This document shows, piece by piece, positions 25,939-40,300 of a DNA stretch of 64,000 nt. Both the position numbers and the translations under genes were made by a program. Source of the stretch: Eledone cirrhosa (Eukaryota); NCBI GenBank assembly GCA_964016885.1, contig OZ024758.1, positions 37,634,001-37,698,000 of the forward strand. The letters are read 5' to 3'. Positions within the stretch are counted from its first letter, which is position 1. The number at the start of each line of letters is the position of its first letter. Below the pieces are notes generated by a model. The model saw only the letters and a list, made by a program, of their open reading frames with translations. It had not been told where the DNA came from and searched no databases.

Positions 25939-26908
25939 ATGGTAGTAGCTGTCAGAAGTCACTCCACTGTTGGTGAGAATTCATTTAAGTTCATGGTACT
26001 AGCTGGCAGAAGTAACCCCAATGTTGGTGAGAATTCATTTAAGTTCATGGTATTAGCTGTCAGAAGTCACTCCAATGTTGGTGAGAATTCATTTAAGTTC
26101 ATGGTATTAGCAGTCAGAAGTAACTCCACTGTTGGTGAGAATTCATTTATGTTCATGGTATTAGTTTGTCAGAAGTAACTCCACTGTTGGTGAGAATTCA
26201 TTTAAGTCATGGTATTAGTTGTCAGAAGTAACTCCAATGTTGGTGAGAATTCATGTAAGTTCATGGTATTAGCTGTCAGAAGGAACTCCACTGTTGGTGA
26301 GAATTCATTTAAGTTCATTGTATTAGCTGTCAGAAGGAACTCCAATGTTGGTGAGAATTCATTTAAGTCATGGTACTAGCTGTCAGAAGTAACTCCACTG
26401 TTGGTGAGAATTCATTTAAGTTCATGGTATTAGCTGTCAGAAGTCACTCCACTGTTGGTGAGAATTCATTTAAGTTCATGGTACTAGCTGGCAGAAGTAA
26501 CCCCAATGTTGGTGAGAATTCATTTAAGTTCATGGTATTAGCTGTCAGAAGTCACTCCAATGTTGGTGAGAATTCATTTAAGTTCATGGTATTAGCAGTC
26601 AGAAGTAACTCCACTGTTGGTGAGAATTCATTTATGTTCATGGTATTAGTTTGTCAGAAGTAACTCCACTGTTGGTGAGAATTCATTTAAGTCATGGTAT
26701 TAGTTGTCAGAAGTAACTCCAATGTTGGTGAGAATTCATGTAAGTTCATGGTATTAGCTGTCAGAAGGAACTCCACTGTTGGTGAGAATTCATTTAAGTT
26801 CATGGTATTAGCTGTCAGAAGGAACTCCAATGTTGGTGAGAATTCATTTAAGTCATGGTACTAGCTGTCAGAAGTAACTCCACTGTTGGTGAGAATTCAT
26901 TTAAGTTC
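25939..26908 (+). repeat. Tandem duplication of a 9-monomer, 485-bp unit
   Basis: ORF ends 26178 and 26663 differ by 485. The marker series CTGGCAG..AACCCC, GCAGTC, TTTATGTT, TTAGTTTG, CATGTAAG occurs twice in the same order. Confidence 0.88.
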
Positions 26909-27286
26909 ATGGTATTAGCTGTCAGAAGGAACGCCACTGTTGGTGAGAATTCATTTAAGTTCATGGTATTAGCTGTCAGAAGTAACTGCACCGTTGGTGA
27001 GAATTCATTTAAGTTCATGGTACTAGCTGTCAGAAGTAACTCCAATGTTGGTGAGAATTCATTTAAGTTCATGGTATTAGCTGTCAGAAGTAACTCCACT
27101 GTTGGTGAGAATTCATTTAAGTTCATGGTATTAGCTGTCAGAAGTAACTCCACTGTTGGTGAGAATTCATTTAAGTTCATGGTACTAGCTGTCAGAAGTA
27201 ACTCCAATGTTGGTGAGAATTCATTTAAGTTCATGGTATTAACTGTCAGAAGGAACTCCACTGTTGCTGAGAATTCATTTAAGTTC

Positions 27287-30200
27287 ATGGTATTAGCTGT
27301 CAGAAGTAACTCCACTGTTGGTGAGAATTCATTTAAGTTCATGGTACTAGCTGTCAGAAGTAACTCCACTGTTGGTGATAATTCATTTAAGTTCATGGTA
27401 TTAGCTGTCAGAAGTAACTCCACTGTTGGTGAGAATTCATTTAAGTTCATGGTATTAGCTGACAGAAGTCACTCCACTGTTGGTGAGAATTCATTTAAGT
27501 TCATGGTACTAGCTGTCAGAAGTAACTCCAATGTTGGTGAGAATTCATTTAAGTTCATGGTATTAGCTGTCAGAAGTAACTCCACTGTTGGTGAGAATTC
27601 ATTTAAGTTCATGGTATTAGCTGTCAGAAGTAACTCCACTGTTGGTGAGAATTCATTTAAGTTCATGGTATTAGCTGTCAGAAGTAACTCCACTGTTGGT
27701 GAGAATTCATTTAAGTTCATGATACTAGCTGTCAGAAGTAACTTCAATGTTGGTGAGAATTCATTTAAGTTCATGGTACTAGCTGTCAGAAGTAACTCCA
27801 CTGTTGGTGAGAATTCATTTAAGTTCATGGTATTAGTTTGTCAGAAGTAACTCCACTGTTGGTGAGAATTCATTTAAGTCATGGTATTAGTTGTCAGAAG
27901 TAACTCCAATGTTGGTGAGAATTCATTTAAGTTCATGGTATTAGCTGTCAGAAGGAACTCCACTGTTGGTGAGAATTCATTTAAGTTCATGGTATTAGCT
28001 GTCAGAAGGAACTCCAATGTTGGTGAGAATTCATTTAAGTCATGGTACTAGCTGTCAGAAGTAACTCCACTGTTGGTGAGAATTCATTTAAGTTCATGGT
28101 ATTAGCTGTCAGAAGGAACGCCACTGTTGGTGAGAATTCATTTAAGTTCATGGTATTAGCTGTCAGAAGTAACTCCACTGTTGGTGAGAATTCATTTAAG
28201 TTCATGGTACTAGCTGTCAGAAGTAACTCCAATGTTGGTGAGAATTCATTTAAGTTCATGGTATTAGCTGTCAGAAGGAACTCCACTGTTGGTGAGAATT
28301 CATTTAAGTTCATGGTATTAGCTGTCAGAAGTAACTCCACTGTTGGTGAGAATTCATTTAAGTCATGGTATTAGCTGTCAGAAGTAACTCCATTGTTGGT
28401 GAGAATTCATTTAAGTCATGGTACTAGCTGTCAGAAGTAACTCCAATGTTGGTGAGAATTCATTTAAGTCATGGTACTAGCTGTCAGAAGTAACTCCAAT
28501 GTTGGTGAGAATTCATTTAAGTTCATGGTATTAGCTGTCAGAAGGAACTCCACTGTTGGTGAGAATTCATTTAAGTTCATGGTATTAGCTGTCAGAAGGA
28601 ACTCCAATGTTGGTGAGAATTCATTTAAGTCATGGTACTAGCTGTCAGAAGTAACTCAAATGTTGGTGAGAATTCATTTAAGTTCATGGTATTAGCTGTC
28701 AGAAGGAACGCCACTGTTGGTGAGAATTCATTTAAGTTCATGGTATTAGCTGTCAGAAGTAACTCCACTGTTGGTGAGAATTCATTTAAGTCATGGTATT
28801 AGCTGTCAGAAGTAACTCCATTGTTGGTGAGAATTCATTTAAGTCATGGTACTAGCTGTCAGAACTAACTCCAATGTTGGTGAGAATTCATTTAAGTCAT
28901 GGTACTAGCTGTCAGAAGTAACTCCAATGTTGGTGAGAATTCATTTAAGTTCATGGTATTAGCTGTCAGAAGGAACTCCACTGTTGGTGAGAATTCATTT
29001 AAGTTCATGGTATTAGCTGTCAGAAGTAACTCCACTGTTGGTGAGAATTCATTTAAGTTCATGGTATTAGCTGTCAGAAGTAACTCCACTGTTGGTGAGA
29101 ATTCATTTAAGTTCATGGTACTAGCTGTCAGAAGTAACTCCAATGTTGGTGAGAATTCATTTAAGTTCATGGTATTAGCTGTCAGAAGTAACTCCACTGT
29201 TGGTGAGAATTCAGTTAAGTCATGGTATTAGCTGTCAGAAGTAACTCCAATGTTGGTGAGAATTCATTTAAGTTCATGGTATTAGCTGTCAGAAGTAACT
29301 CCACTGTTGGTGAGAAATCATTTAAGTTCATGGTATTAGCTGTCAGAAGTAACTCCACTGTTGGTGAGAATTCATTTAAGTTCATGGTACTGGCTGTCAG
29401 AAGTAACTCCACTGTTGGTGAGAATTCATTTAAGTTCATGGTATTAGTTTGTCAGAAGTAACTCCACTGTTGGTGAGAATTCATTTAAGTCATGGTATTA
29501 GTTGTCAGAAGTAACTCCAATGTTGGTGAGAATTCATTTAAGTTCATGGTACTAGCTGTCAGAAGTAAATCCACTGTTGGTGAGAATTCATTTAAGTTCA
29601 TGGTATTAGCTGTCAGAAGTAACTCCACTGTTGGTGAGAATTCATTTAAGTTCATGGTACTAGCTGTCAGAAGTAACTCCACTGTTGGTGAGAATTCATT
29701 TAAGTTCATGGTATTAGCTGTCAGAAGTAACTCCACTGTTGGTGAGAATTCATTTAAGTTCATGGTATTAGCTGACAGAAGTCACTCCACTGTTGGTGAG
29801 AATTCATTTAAGTTCATGGTACTAGCTGTCAGAAGTAACTCCAATGTTGGTGAGAATTCATTTAAGTTCATGGTATTAGCTGTCAGAAGTAACTCCACTG
29901 TTGGTGAGAATTCATTTAAGTTCATGGTATTAGCTGTCAGAAGTAACTCCACTGTTGGTGAGAATTCATTTAAGTTCATGGTATTAGCTGTCAGAAGTAA
30001 CTCCACTGTTGGTGAGAATTCATTTAAGTTCATGATACTAGCTGTCAGAAGTAACTTCAATGTTGGTGAGAATTCATTTAAGTTCATGGTACTAGCTGTC
30101 AGAAGTAACTCCACTGTTGGTGAGAATTCATTTAAGTTCATGGTATTAGTTTGTCAGAAGTAACTCCACTGTTGGTGAGAATTCATTTAAGTCATGGTAT

Positions 30201-33200
30201 TAGTTGTCAGAAGTAACTCCAATGTTGGTGAGAATTCATTTAAGTTCATGGTATTAGCTGTCAGAAGGAACTCCACTGTTGGTGAGAATTCATTTAAGTT
30301 CATGGTATTAGCTGTCAGAAGGAACTCCAATGTTGGTGAGAATTCATTTAAGTCATGGTACTAGCTGTCAGAAGTAACTCCACTGTTGGTGAGAATTCAT
30401 TTAAGTTCATGGTATTAGCTGTCAGAAGGAACGCCACTGTTGGTGAGAATTCATTTAAGTTCATGGTATTAGCTGTCAGAAGTAACTCCACTGTTGGTGA
30501 GAATTCATTTAAGTTCATGGTACTAGCTGTCAGAAGTAACTCCAATGTTGGTGAGAATTCATTTAAGTTCATGGTATTAGCTGTCAGAAGGAACTCCACT
30601 GTTGGTGAGAATTCATTTAAGTTCATGGTATTAGCTGTCAGAAGTAACTCCACTGTTGGTGAGAATTCATTTAAGTCATGGTATTAGCTGTCAGAAGTAA
30701 CTCCATTGTTGGTGAGAATTCATTTAAGTCATGGTACTAGCTGTCAGAAGTAACTCCAATGTTGGTGAGAATTCATTTAAGTCATGGTACTAGCTGTCAG
30801 AAGTAACTCCAATGTTGGTGAGAATTCATTTAAGTTCATGGTATTAGCTGTCAGAAGGAACTCCACTGTTGGTGAGAATTCATTTAAGTTCATGGTATTA
30901 GCTGTCAGAAGGAACTCCAATGTTGGTGAGAATTCATTTAAGTCATGGTACTAGCTGTCAGAAGTAACTCCACTGTTGGTGAGAATTCATTTAAGTTCAT
31001 GGTATTAGCTGTCAGAAGGAACGCCACTGTTGGTGAGAATTCATTTAAGTTCATGGTATTAGCTGTCAGAAGTAACTCCACTGTTGGTGAGAATTCATTT
31101 AAGTCATGGTATTAGCTGTCAGAAGTAACTCCATTGTTGGTGAGAATTCATTTAAGTCATGGTACTAGCTGTCAGAACTAACTCCAATGTTGGTGAGAAT
31201 TCATTTAAGTCATGGTACTAGCTGTCAGAAGTAACTCCAATGTTGGTGAGAATTCATTTAAGTTCATGGTATTAGCTGTCAGAAGGAACTCCACTGTTGG
31301 TGAGAATTCATTTAAGTTCATGGTATTAGCTGTCAGAAGTAACTCCACTGTTGGTGAGAATTCATTTAAGTTCATGGTATTAGCTGTCAGAAGTAACTCC
31401 ACTGTTGGTGAGAATTCATTTAAGTTCATGGTACTAGCTGTCAGAAGTAACTCCAATGTTGGTGAGAATTCATTTAAGTTCATGGTATTAGCTGTCAGAA
31501 GTAACTCCACTGTTGGTGAGAATTCAGTTAAGTCATGGTATTAGCTGTCAGAAGTAACTCCAATGTTGGTGAGAATTCATTTAAGTTCATGGTATTAGCT
31601 GTCAGAAGTAACTCCACTGTTGGTGAGAAATCATTTAAGTTCATGGTATTAGCTGTCAGAAGTAACTCCACTGTTGGTGAGAATTCATTTAAGTTCATGG
31701 TACTGGCTGTCAGAAGTAACTCCACTGTTGGTGAGAATTCATTTAAGTTCATGGTATTAGTTTGTCAGAAGTAACTCCACTGTTGGTGAGAATTCATTTA
31801 AGTCATGGTATTAGTTGTCAGAAGTAACTCCAATGTTGGTGAGAATTCATTTAAGTTCATGGTACTAGCTGTCAGAAGTAAATCCACTGTTGGTGAGAAT
31901 TCATTTAAGTTCATGGTATTAGCTGTCAGAAGTAACTCCACTGTTGGTGAGAATTCATTTAAGTTCATGGTACTAGCTGTCAGAAGTAACTCCACTGTTG
32001 GTGAGAATTCATTTAAGTTCATGGTATTAGCTGTCAGAAGTAACTCCACTGTTGGTGAGAATTCATTTAAGTTCATGGTATTAGCTGACAGAAGTCACTC
32101 CACTGTTGGTGAGAATTCATTTAAGTTCATGGTACTAGCTGTCAGAAGTAACTCCAATGTTGGTGAGAATTCATTTAAGTTCATGGTATTAGCTGTCAGA
32201 AGTAACTCCACTGTTGGTGAGAATTCATTTAAGTTCATGGTATTAGCTGTCAGAAGTAACTCCACTGTTGGTGAGAATTCATTTAAGTTCATGGTATTAG
32301 CTGTCAGAAGTAACTCCACTGTTGGTGAGAATTCATTTAAGTTCATGATACTAGCTGTCAGAAGTAACTTCAATGTTGGTGAGAATTCATTTAAGTTCAT
32401 GGTACTAGCTGTCAGAAGTAACTCCACTGTTGGTGAGAATTCATTTAAGTTCATGGTATTAGTTTGTCAGAAGTAACTCCACTGTTGGTGAGAATTCATT
32501 TAAGTCATGGTATTAGTTGTCAGAAGTAACTCCAATGTTGGTGAGAATTCATTTAAGTTCATGGTATTAGCTGTCAGAAGGAACTCCACTGTTGGTGAGA
32601 ATTCATTTAAGTTCATGGTATTAGCTGTCAGAAGGAACTCCAATGTTGGTGAGAATTCATTTAAGTCATGGTACTAGCTGTCAGAAGTAACTCCACTGTT
32701 GGTGAGAATTCATTTAAGTTCATGGTATTAGCTGTCAGAAGGAACGCCACTGTTGGTGAGAATTCATTTAAGTTCATGGTATTAGCTGTCAGAAGTAACT
32801 CCACTGTTGGTGAGAATTCATTTAAGTTCATGGTACTAGCTGTCAGAAGTAACTCCAATGTTGGTGAGAATTCATTTAAGTTCATGGTATTAGCTGTCAG
32901 AAGGAACTCCACTGTTGGTGAGAATTCATTTAAGTTCATGGTATTAGCTGTCAGAAGTAACTCCACTGTTGGTGAGAATTCATTTAAGTCATGGTATTAG
33001 CTGTCAGAAGTAACTCCATTGTTGGTGAGAATTCATTTAAGTCATGGTACTAGCTGTCAGAAGTAACTCCAATGTTGGTGAGAATTCATTTAAGTCATGG
33101 TACTAGCTGTCAGAAGTAACTCCAATGTTGGTGAGAATTCATTTAAGTTCATGGTATTAGCTGTCAGAAGGAACTCCACTGTTGGTGAGAATTCATTTAA

Positions 33201-33741
33201 GTTCATGGTATTAGCTGTCAGAAGGAACTCCAATGTTGGTGAGAATTCATTTAAGTCATGGTACTAGCTGTCAGAATTAACTCCACTGTTGGTGAGAATT
33301 CATTTAAGTTCATGGTATTAGCTGTCAGAAGGAACGCCACTGTTGGTGAGAATTCATTTAAGTTCATGGTATTAGCTGTCAGAAGTAACTCCACTGTTGG
33401 TGAGAATTCATTTAAGTCATGGTATTAGCTGTCAGAAGTAACTCCATTGTTGGTGAGAATTCATTTAAGTCATGGTACTAGCTGTCAGAACTAACTCCAA
33501 TGTTGGTGAGAATTCATTTAAGTCATGGTACTAGCTGTCAGAAGTAACTCCAATGTTGGTGAGAATTCATTTAAGTTCATGGTATTAGCTGTCAGAAGGA
33601 ACTCCACTGTTGGTGAGAATTCATTTAAGTTCATGGTATTAGCTGTCAGAAGTAACTCCACTGTTGGTGAGAATTCATTTAAGTTCATGGTATTAGCTGT
33701 CAGAAGTAACTCCACTGTTGGTGAGAATTCATTTAAGTTCA
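27287..33741 (+). repeat. 43-monomer, 2313-bp HOR, ~2.8 tandem copies
   Basis: ORF series 28042/30355/32668 and 28899/31212/33525, and ORF ends 27850/30163/32476, step by 2313. The diagnostic monomer ATGATACTAGC...AACTTCAAT is at 27719, 30032 and 32345. Confidence 0.95.
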
Positions 33742-35301
33742 TGGTATTAGCTGTCAGAAATAACTCCACTGTTGGTGAGAATTCGTTTAAGTTCATGGTA
33801 TTAGCTGTCAGAAGTAACTCCACTGTTGGTGAGAATTCATTTAAGTTCATGGTATTAGCTGTCAGAAGTAACTCCACTGTTGGTGAGAATTCATTTAAGT
33901 TCATGGTATTAGCTGTCAGAAGGAACTCCAATGTTGGTGAGAATTCATTTAAGTCATGGTACTAGCTGTCAGAAGTAACTCCACTGTTGGTGAGAATTCA
34001 TTTAAGTTCATGGTATTAGCTGTCAGAAGGAACGCTACTGTTGGTGAGAATTCATTTAAGTTCATGGTATTAGCTGTCAGAAGTAACTCCACTGTTGGTG
34101 AGAATTCATTTAAGTTCATGGTACTAGCTGTCAGAAGTAACTCCAATGTTGGTGAGAATTCATTTAAGTTCATGGTATTAGCTGTCAGAAGGAACTCCAC
34201 TGTTGCTGAGAATTCATTTAAGTTCATGGTATTAGCTGTCAGAAGTAACTCCACTGTTGGTGAGAATTCATTTAAGTTCATGGTACTAGCTGTCAGAAGT
34301 AACTCCACTGTTGGTGAGAATTCATTTAAGTTCATGGTATTAGCTGTCAGAAGTCACTCCAATGTTGGTGAGAATTCATTTAGGTTCATGGTATTAGCTG
34401 TCAGAAGTCACTCCACTGTTGGTGAGAATTCATTTAAGTTCATGGTACTAGCTGGCAGAAGTAACCCCAATGTTGGTGAGAATTCATTTAAGTTCATGGT
34501 ATTAGCTGTCAGAAGTCACTCCAATGTTGGTGAGAATTCATTTAAGTTCATGGTATTAGCAGTCAGAAGTAACTCCACTGTTGGTGAGAATTCATTTATG
34601 TTCATGGTATTAGTTTGTCAGAAGTAACTCCACTGTTGGTGAGAATTCATTTAAGTCATGGTATTAGTTGTCAGAAGTAACTCCAATGTTGGTGAGAATT
34701 CATGTAAGTTCATGGTATTAGCTGTCAGAAGGAACTCCACTGTTGGTGAGAATTCATTTAAGTTCATGGTATTAGCTGTCAGAAGGAACTCCAATGTTGG
34801 TGAGAATTCATTTAAGTCATGGTACTAGCTGTCAGAAGTAACTCCACTGTTGGTGAGAATTCATTTAAGTTCATGGTATTAGCTGTCAGAAGGAACGCCA
34901 CTGTTGGTGAGAATTCATTTAAGTTCATGGTATTAGCTGTCAGAAGTAACTCCACTGTTGGTGAGAATTCATTTAAGTTCATGGTACTAGCTGTCAGAAG
35001 TAACTCCAATGTTGGTGAGAATTCATTTAAGTTCATGGTATTAGCTGTCAGAAGGAACTCCACTGTTGGTGAGAATTCATTTAAGTTCATGGTATTAGCT
35101 GTCAGAAGTAACTCCACTGTTGGTGAGAATTCATTTAAGTCATGGTATTAGCTGTCAGAAGTAACTCCATTGTTGGTGAGAATTCATTTAAGTCATGGTA
35201 CTAGCTGTCAGAAGTAACTCCAATGTTGGTGAGAATTCATTTAAGTCATGGTACTAGCTGTCAGAAGTAACTCCAATGTTGGTGAGAATTCATTTAAGTT
35301 C

Positions 35302-37343
35302 ATGGTATTAGCTGTCAGAAGGAACTCCACTGTTGGTGAGAATTCATTTAAGTTCATGGTATTAGCTGTCAGAAGGAACTCCAATGTTGGTGAGAATTCA
35401 TTTAAGTCATGGTACTAGCTGTCAGAAGTAACTCCACTGTTGGTGAGAATTCATTTAAGTTCATGGTATTAGCTGTCAGAAGGAACGCCACTGTTGGTGA
35501 GAATTCATTTAAGTTCATGGTATTAGCTGTCAGAAGTAACTCCACTGTTGGTGAGAATTCATTTAAGTCATGGTATTAGCTGTCAGAAGTAACTCCATTG
35601 TTGGTGAGAATTCATTTAAGTCATGGTACTAGCTGTCAGAACTAACTCCAATGTTGGTGAGAATTCATTTAAGTCATGGTACTAGCTGTCAGAAGTAACT
35701 CCAATGTTGGTGAGAATTCATTTAAGTTCATGGTATTAGCTGTCAGAAGGAACTCCACTGTTGGTGAGAATTCATTTAAGTTCATGGTATTAGCTGTCAG
35801 AAGTAACTCCACTGTTGGTGAGAATTCATTTAAGTTCATGGTATTAGCTGTCAGAAGTAACTCCACTGTTGGTGAGAATTCATTTAAGTTCATGGTACTA
35901 GCTGTCAGAAGTAACTCCAATGTTGGTGAGAATTCATTTAAGTTCATGGTATTAGCTGTCAGAAGTAACTCCACTGTTGGTGAGAATTCAGTTAAGTCAT
36001 GGTATTAGCTGTCAGAAGTAACTCCAATGTTGGTGAGAATTCATTTAAGTTCATGGTATTAGCTGTCAGAAGTAACTCCACTGTTGGTGAGAAATCATTT
36101 AAGTTCATGGTATTAGCTGTCAGAAGTAACTCCACTGTTGGTGAGAATTCATTTAAGTTCATGGTACTGGCTGTCAGAAGTAACTCCACTGTTGGTGAGA
36201 ATTCATTTAAGTTCATGGTATTAGTTTGTCAGAAGTAACTCCACTGTTGGTGAGAATTCATTTAAGTCATGGTATTAGTTGTCAGAAGTAACTCCAATGT
36301 TGGTGAGAATTCATTTAAGTTCATGGTATTAGCTGTCAGAAGGAACTCCACTGTTGGTGAGAATTCATTTAAGTTCATGGTATTAGCTGTCAGAAGGAAC
36401 TCCAATGTTGGTGAGAATTCATTTAAGTCATGGTACTAGCTGTCAGAAGTAACTCAAATGTTGGTGAGAATTCATTTAAGTTCATGGTATTAGCTGTCAG
36501 AAGGAACGCCACTGTTGGTGAGAATTCATTTAAGTTCATGGTATTAGCTGTCAGAAGTAACTCCACTGTTGGTGAGAATTCATTTAAGTCATGGTATTAG
36601 CTGTCAGAAGTAACTCCATTGTTGGTGAGAATTCATTTAAGTCATGGTACTAGCTGTCAGAACTAACTCCAATGTTGGTGAGAATTCATTTAAGTCATGG
36701 TACTAGCTGTCAGAAGTAACTCCAATGTTGGTGAGAATTCATTTAAGTTCATGGTATTAGCTGTCAGAAGGAACTCCACTGTTGGTGAGAATTCATTTAA
36801 GTTCATGGTATTAGCTGTCAGAAGTAACTCCACTGTTGGTGAGAATTCATTTAAGTTCATGGTATTAGCTGTCAGAAGTAACTCCACTGTTGGTGAGAAT
36901 TCATTTAAGTTCATGGTACTAGCTGTCAGAAGTAACTCCAATGTTGGTGAGAATTCATTTAAGTTCATGGTATTAGCTGTCAGAAGTAACTCCACTGTTG
37001 GTGAGAATTCAGTTAAGTCATGGTATTAGCTGTCAGAAGTAACTCCAATGTTGGTGAGAATTCATTTAAGTTCATGGTATTAGCTGTCAGAAGTAACTCC
37101 ACTGTTGGTGAGAAATCATTTAAGTTCATGGTATTAGCTGTCAGAAGTAACTCCACTGTTGGTGAGAATTCATTTAAGTTCATGGTACTGGCTGTCAGAA
37201 GTAACTCCACTGTTGGTGAGAATTCATTTAAGTTCATGGTATTAGTTTGTCAGAAGTAACTCCACTGTTGGTGAGAATTCATTTAAGTCATGGTATTAGT
37301 TGTCAGAAGTAACTCCAATGTTGGTGAGAATTCATTTAAGTTC
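35302..37343 (+). repeat. Tandem duplication of a 19-monomer, 1021-bp sub-block of the 43-mer HOR
   Basis: ORFs 35676/36697 and 35999/37020 are identical at a 1021 offset. Markers AGAACTAAC, TCAGTTAAG, GAGAAATC and TACTGGC repeat. Confidence 0.88.
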
Positions 37344-40300
37344 ATGGTACTAGCTGTCAGAAGTAAATCCACTGTTGGTGAGAATTCATTTAAGTTCATG
37401 GTATTAGCTGTCAGAAGTAACTCCACTGTTGGTGAGAATTCATTTAAGTTCATGGTACTAGCTGTCAGAAGTAACTCCACTGTTGGTGAGAATTCATTTA
37501 AGTTCATGGTATTAGCTGTCAGAAGTAACTCCACTGTTGGTGAGAATTCATTTAAGTTCATGGTATTAGCTGACAGAAGTCACTCCACTGTTGGTGAGAA
37601 TTCATTTAAGTTCATGGTACTAGCTGTCAGAAGTAACTCCAATGTTGGTGAGAATTCATTTAAGTTCATGGTATTAGCTGTCAGAAGTAACTCCACTGTT
37701 GGTGAGAATTCATTTAAGTTCATGGTATTAGCTGTCAGAAGTAACTCCACTGTTGGTGAGAATTCATTTAAGTTCATGGTATTAGCTGTCAGAAGTAACT
37801 CCACTGTTGGTGAGAATTCATTTAAGTTCATGATACTAGCTGTCAGAAGTAACTTCAATGTTGGTGAGAATTCATTTAAGTTCATGGTACTAGCTGTCAG
37901 AAGTAACTCCACTGTTGGTGAGAATTCATTTAAGTTCATGGTATTAGTTTGTCAGAAGTAACTCCACTGTTGGTGAGAATTCATTTAAGTCATCGTATTA
38001 GTTGTCAGAAGTAACTCCAATGTTGGTGAGAATTCATTTAAGTTCATGGTATTAGCTGTCAGAAGGAACTCCACTGTTGGTGAGAATTCATTTAAGTTCA
38101 TGGTATTAGCTGTCAGAAGGAACTCCAATGTTGGTGAGAATTCATTTAAGTCATGGTACTAGCTGTCAGAAGTAACTCCACTGTTGGTGAGAATTCATTT
38201 AAGTTCATGGTATTAGCTGTCAGAAGGAACGCCACTGTTGGTGAGAATTCATTTAAGTTCATGGTATTAGCTGTCAGAAGTAACTCCACTGTTGGTGAGA
38301 ATTCATTTAAGTTCATGGTACTAGCTGTCAGAAGTAACTCCAATGTTGGTGAGAATTCATTTAAGTTCATGGTATTAGCTGTCAGAAGGAACTCCACTGT
38401 TGGTGAGAATTCATTTAAGTTCATGGTATTAGCTGTCAGAAGTAACTCCACTGTTGGTGAGAATTCATTTAAGTCATGGTATTAGCTGTCAGAAGTAACT
38501 CCATTGTTGGTGAGAATTCATTTAAGTCATGGTACTAGCTGTCAGAAGTAACTCCAATGTTGGTGAGAATTCATTTAAGTCATGGTACTAGCTGTCAGAA
38601 GTAACTCCAATGTTGGTTAGAATTCATTTAAGTTCATGGTATTAGCTGTCAGAAGGAACTCCACTGTTGGTGAGAATTCATTTAAGTTCATGGTATTAGC
38701 TGTCAGAAGGAACTCCAATGTTGGTGAGAATTCATTTAAGTCATGGTACTAGCTGTCAGAAGTAACTCCACTGTTGGTGAGAATTCATTTAAGTTCATGG
38801 TATTAGCTGTCAGAAGGAACGCCACTGTTGGTGAGAATTCATTTAAGTTCATGGTATTAGCTGTCAGAAGAAACTCCACTGTTGGTGAGAATTCATTTAA
38901 GTCATGGTATTAGCTGTCAGAAGTAACTCCATTGTTGGTGAGAATTCATTTAAGTCATGGTACTAGCTGTCAGAACTAACTCCAATGTTGGTGAGAATTC
39001 ATTTAAGTCATGGTACTAGCTGTCAGAAGTAACTCCAATGTTGGTGAGAATTCATTTAAGTTCATGGTATTAGCTGTCAGAAGGAACTCCACTGTTGGTG
39101 AGAATTCATTTAAGTTCATGGTATTAGCTGTCAGAAGTAACTCCACTGTTGGTGAGAATTCATTTAAGTTCATGGTATTAGCTGTCAGAAGTAACTCCAC
39201 TGTTGGTGAGAATTCATTTAAGTTCATGGTACTAGCTGTCAGAAGTAACTCCAATGTTGGTGAGAATTCATTTAAGTTCATGGTATTAGCTGTCAGAAGT
39301 AACTCCACTGTTGGTGAGAATTCAGTTAAGTCATGGTATTAGCTGTCAGAAGTAACTCCAATGTTGGTGAGAATTCATTTAAGTTCATGGTATTAGCTGT
39401 CAGAAGTAACTCCACTGTTGGTGAGAAATCATTTAAGTTCATGGTATTAGCTGTCAGAAGTAACTCCACTGTTGGTGAGAATTCATTTAAGTTCATGGTA
39501 CTGGCTGTCAGAAGTAACTCCACTGTTGGTGAGAATTCATTTAAGTTCATGGTATTAGTTTGTCAGAAGTAACTCCACTGTTGGTGAGAATTCATTTAAG
39601 TCATGGTATTAGTTGTCAGAAGTAACTCCAATGTTGGTGAGAATTCATTTAAGTTCATGGTACTAGCTGTCAGAAGTAAATCCACTGTTGGTGAGAATTC
39701 ATTTAAGTTCATGGTATTAGCTGTCAGAAGTAACTCCACTGTTGGTGAGAATTCATTTAAGTTCATGGTACTAGCTGTCAGAAGTAACTCCACTGTTGGT
39801 GAGAATTCATTTAAGTTCATGGTATTAGCTGTCAGAAGTAACTCCACTGTTGGTGAGAATTCATTTAAGTTCATGGTATTAGCTGACAGAAGTCACTCCA
39901 CTGTTGGTGAGAATTCATTTAAGTTCATGGTACTAGCTGTCAGAAGTAACTCCAATGTTGGTGAGAATTCATTTAAGTTCATGGTATTAGCTGTCAGAAG
40001 TAACTCCACTGTTGGTGAGAATTCATTTAAGTTCATGGTATTAGCTGTCAGAAGTAACTCCACTGTTGGTGAGAATTCATTTAAGTTCATGGTATTAGCT
40101 GTCAGAAGTAACTCCACTGTTGGTGAGAATTCATTTAAGTTCATGATACTAGCTGTCAGAAGTAACTTCAATGTTGGTGAGAATTCATTTAAGTTCATGG
40201 TACTAGCTGTCAGAAGTAACTCCACTGTTGGTGAGAATTCATTTAAGTTCATGGTATTAGTTTGTCAGAAGTAACTCCACTGTTGGTGAGAATTCATTTA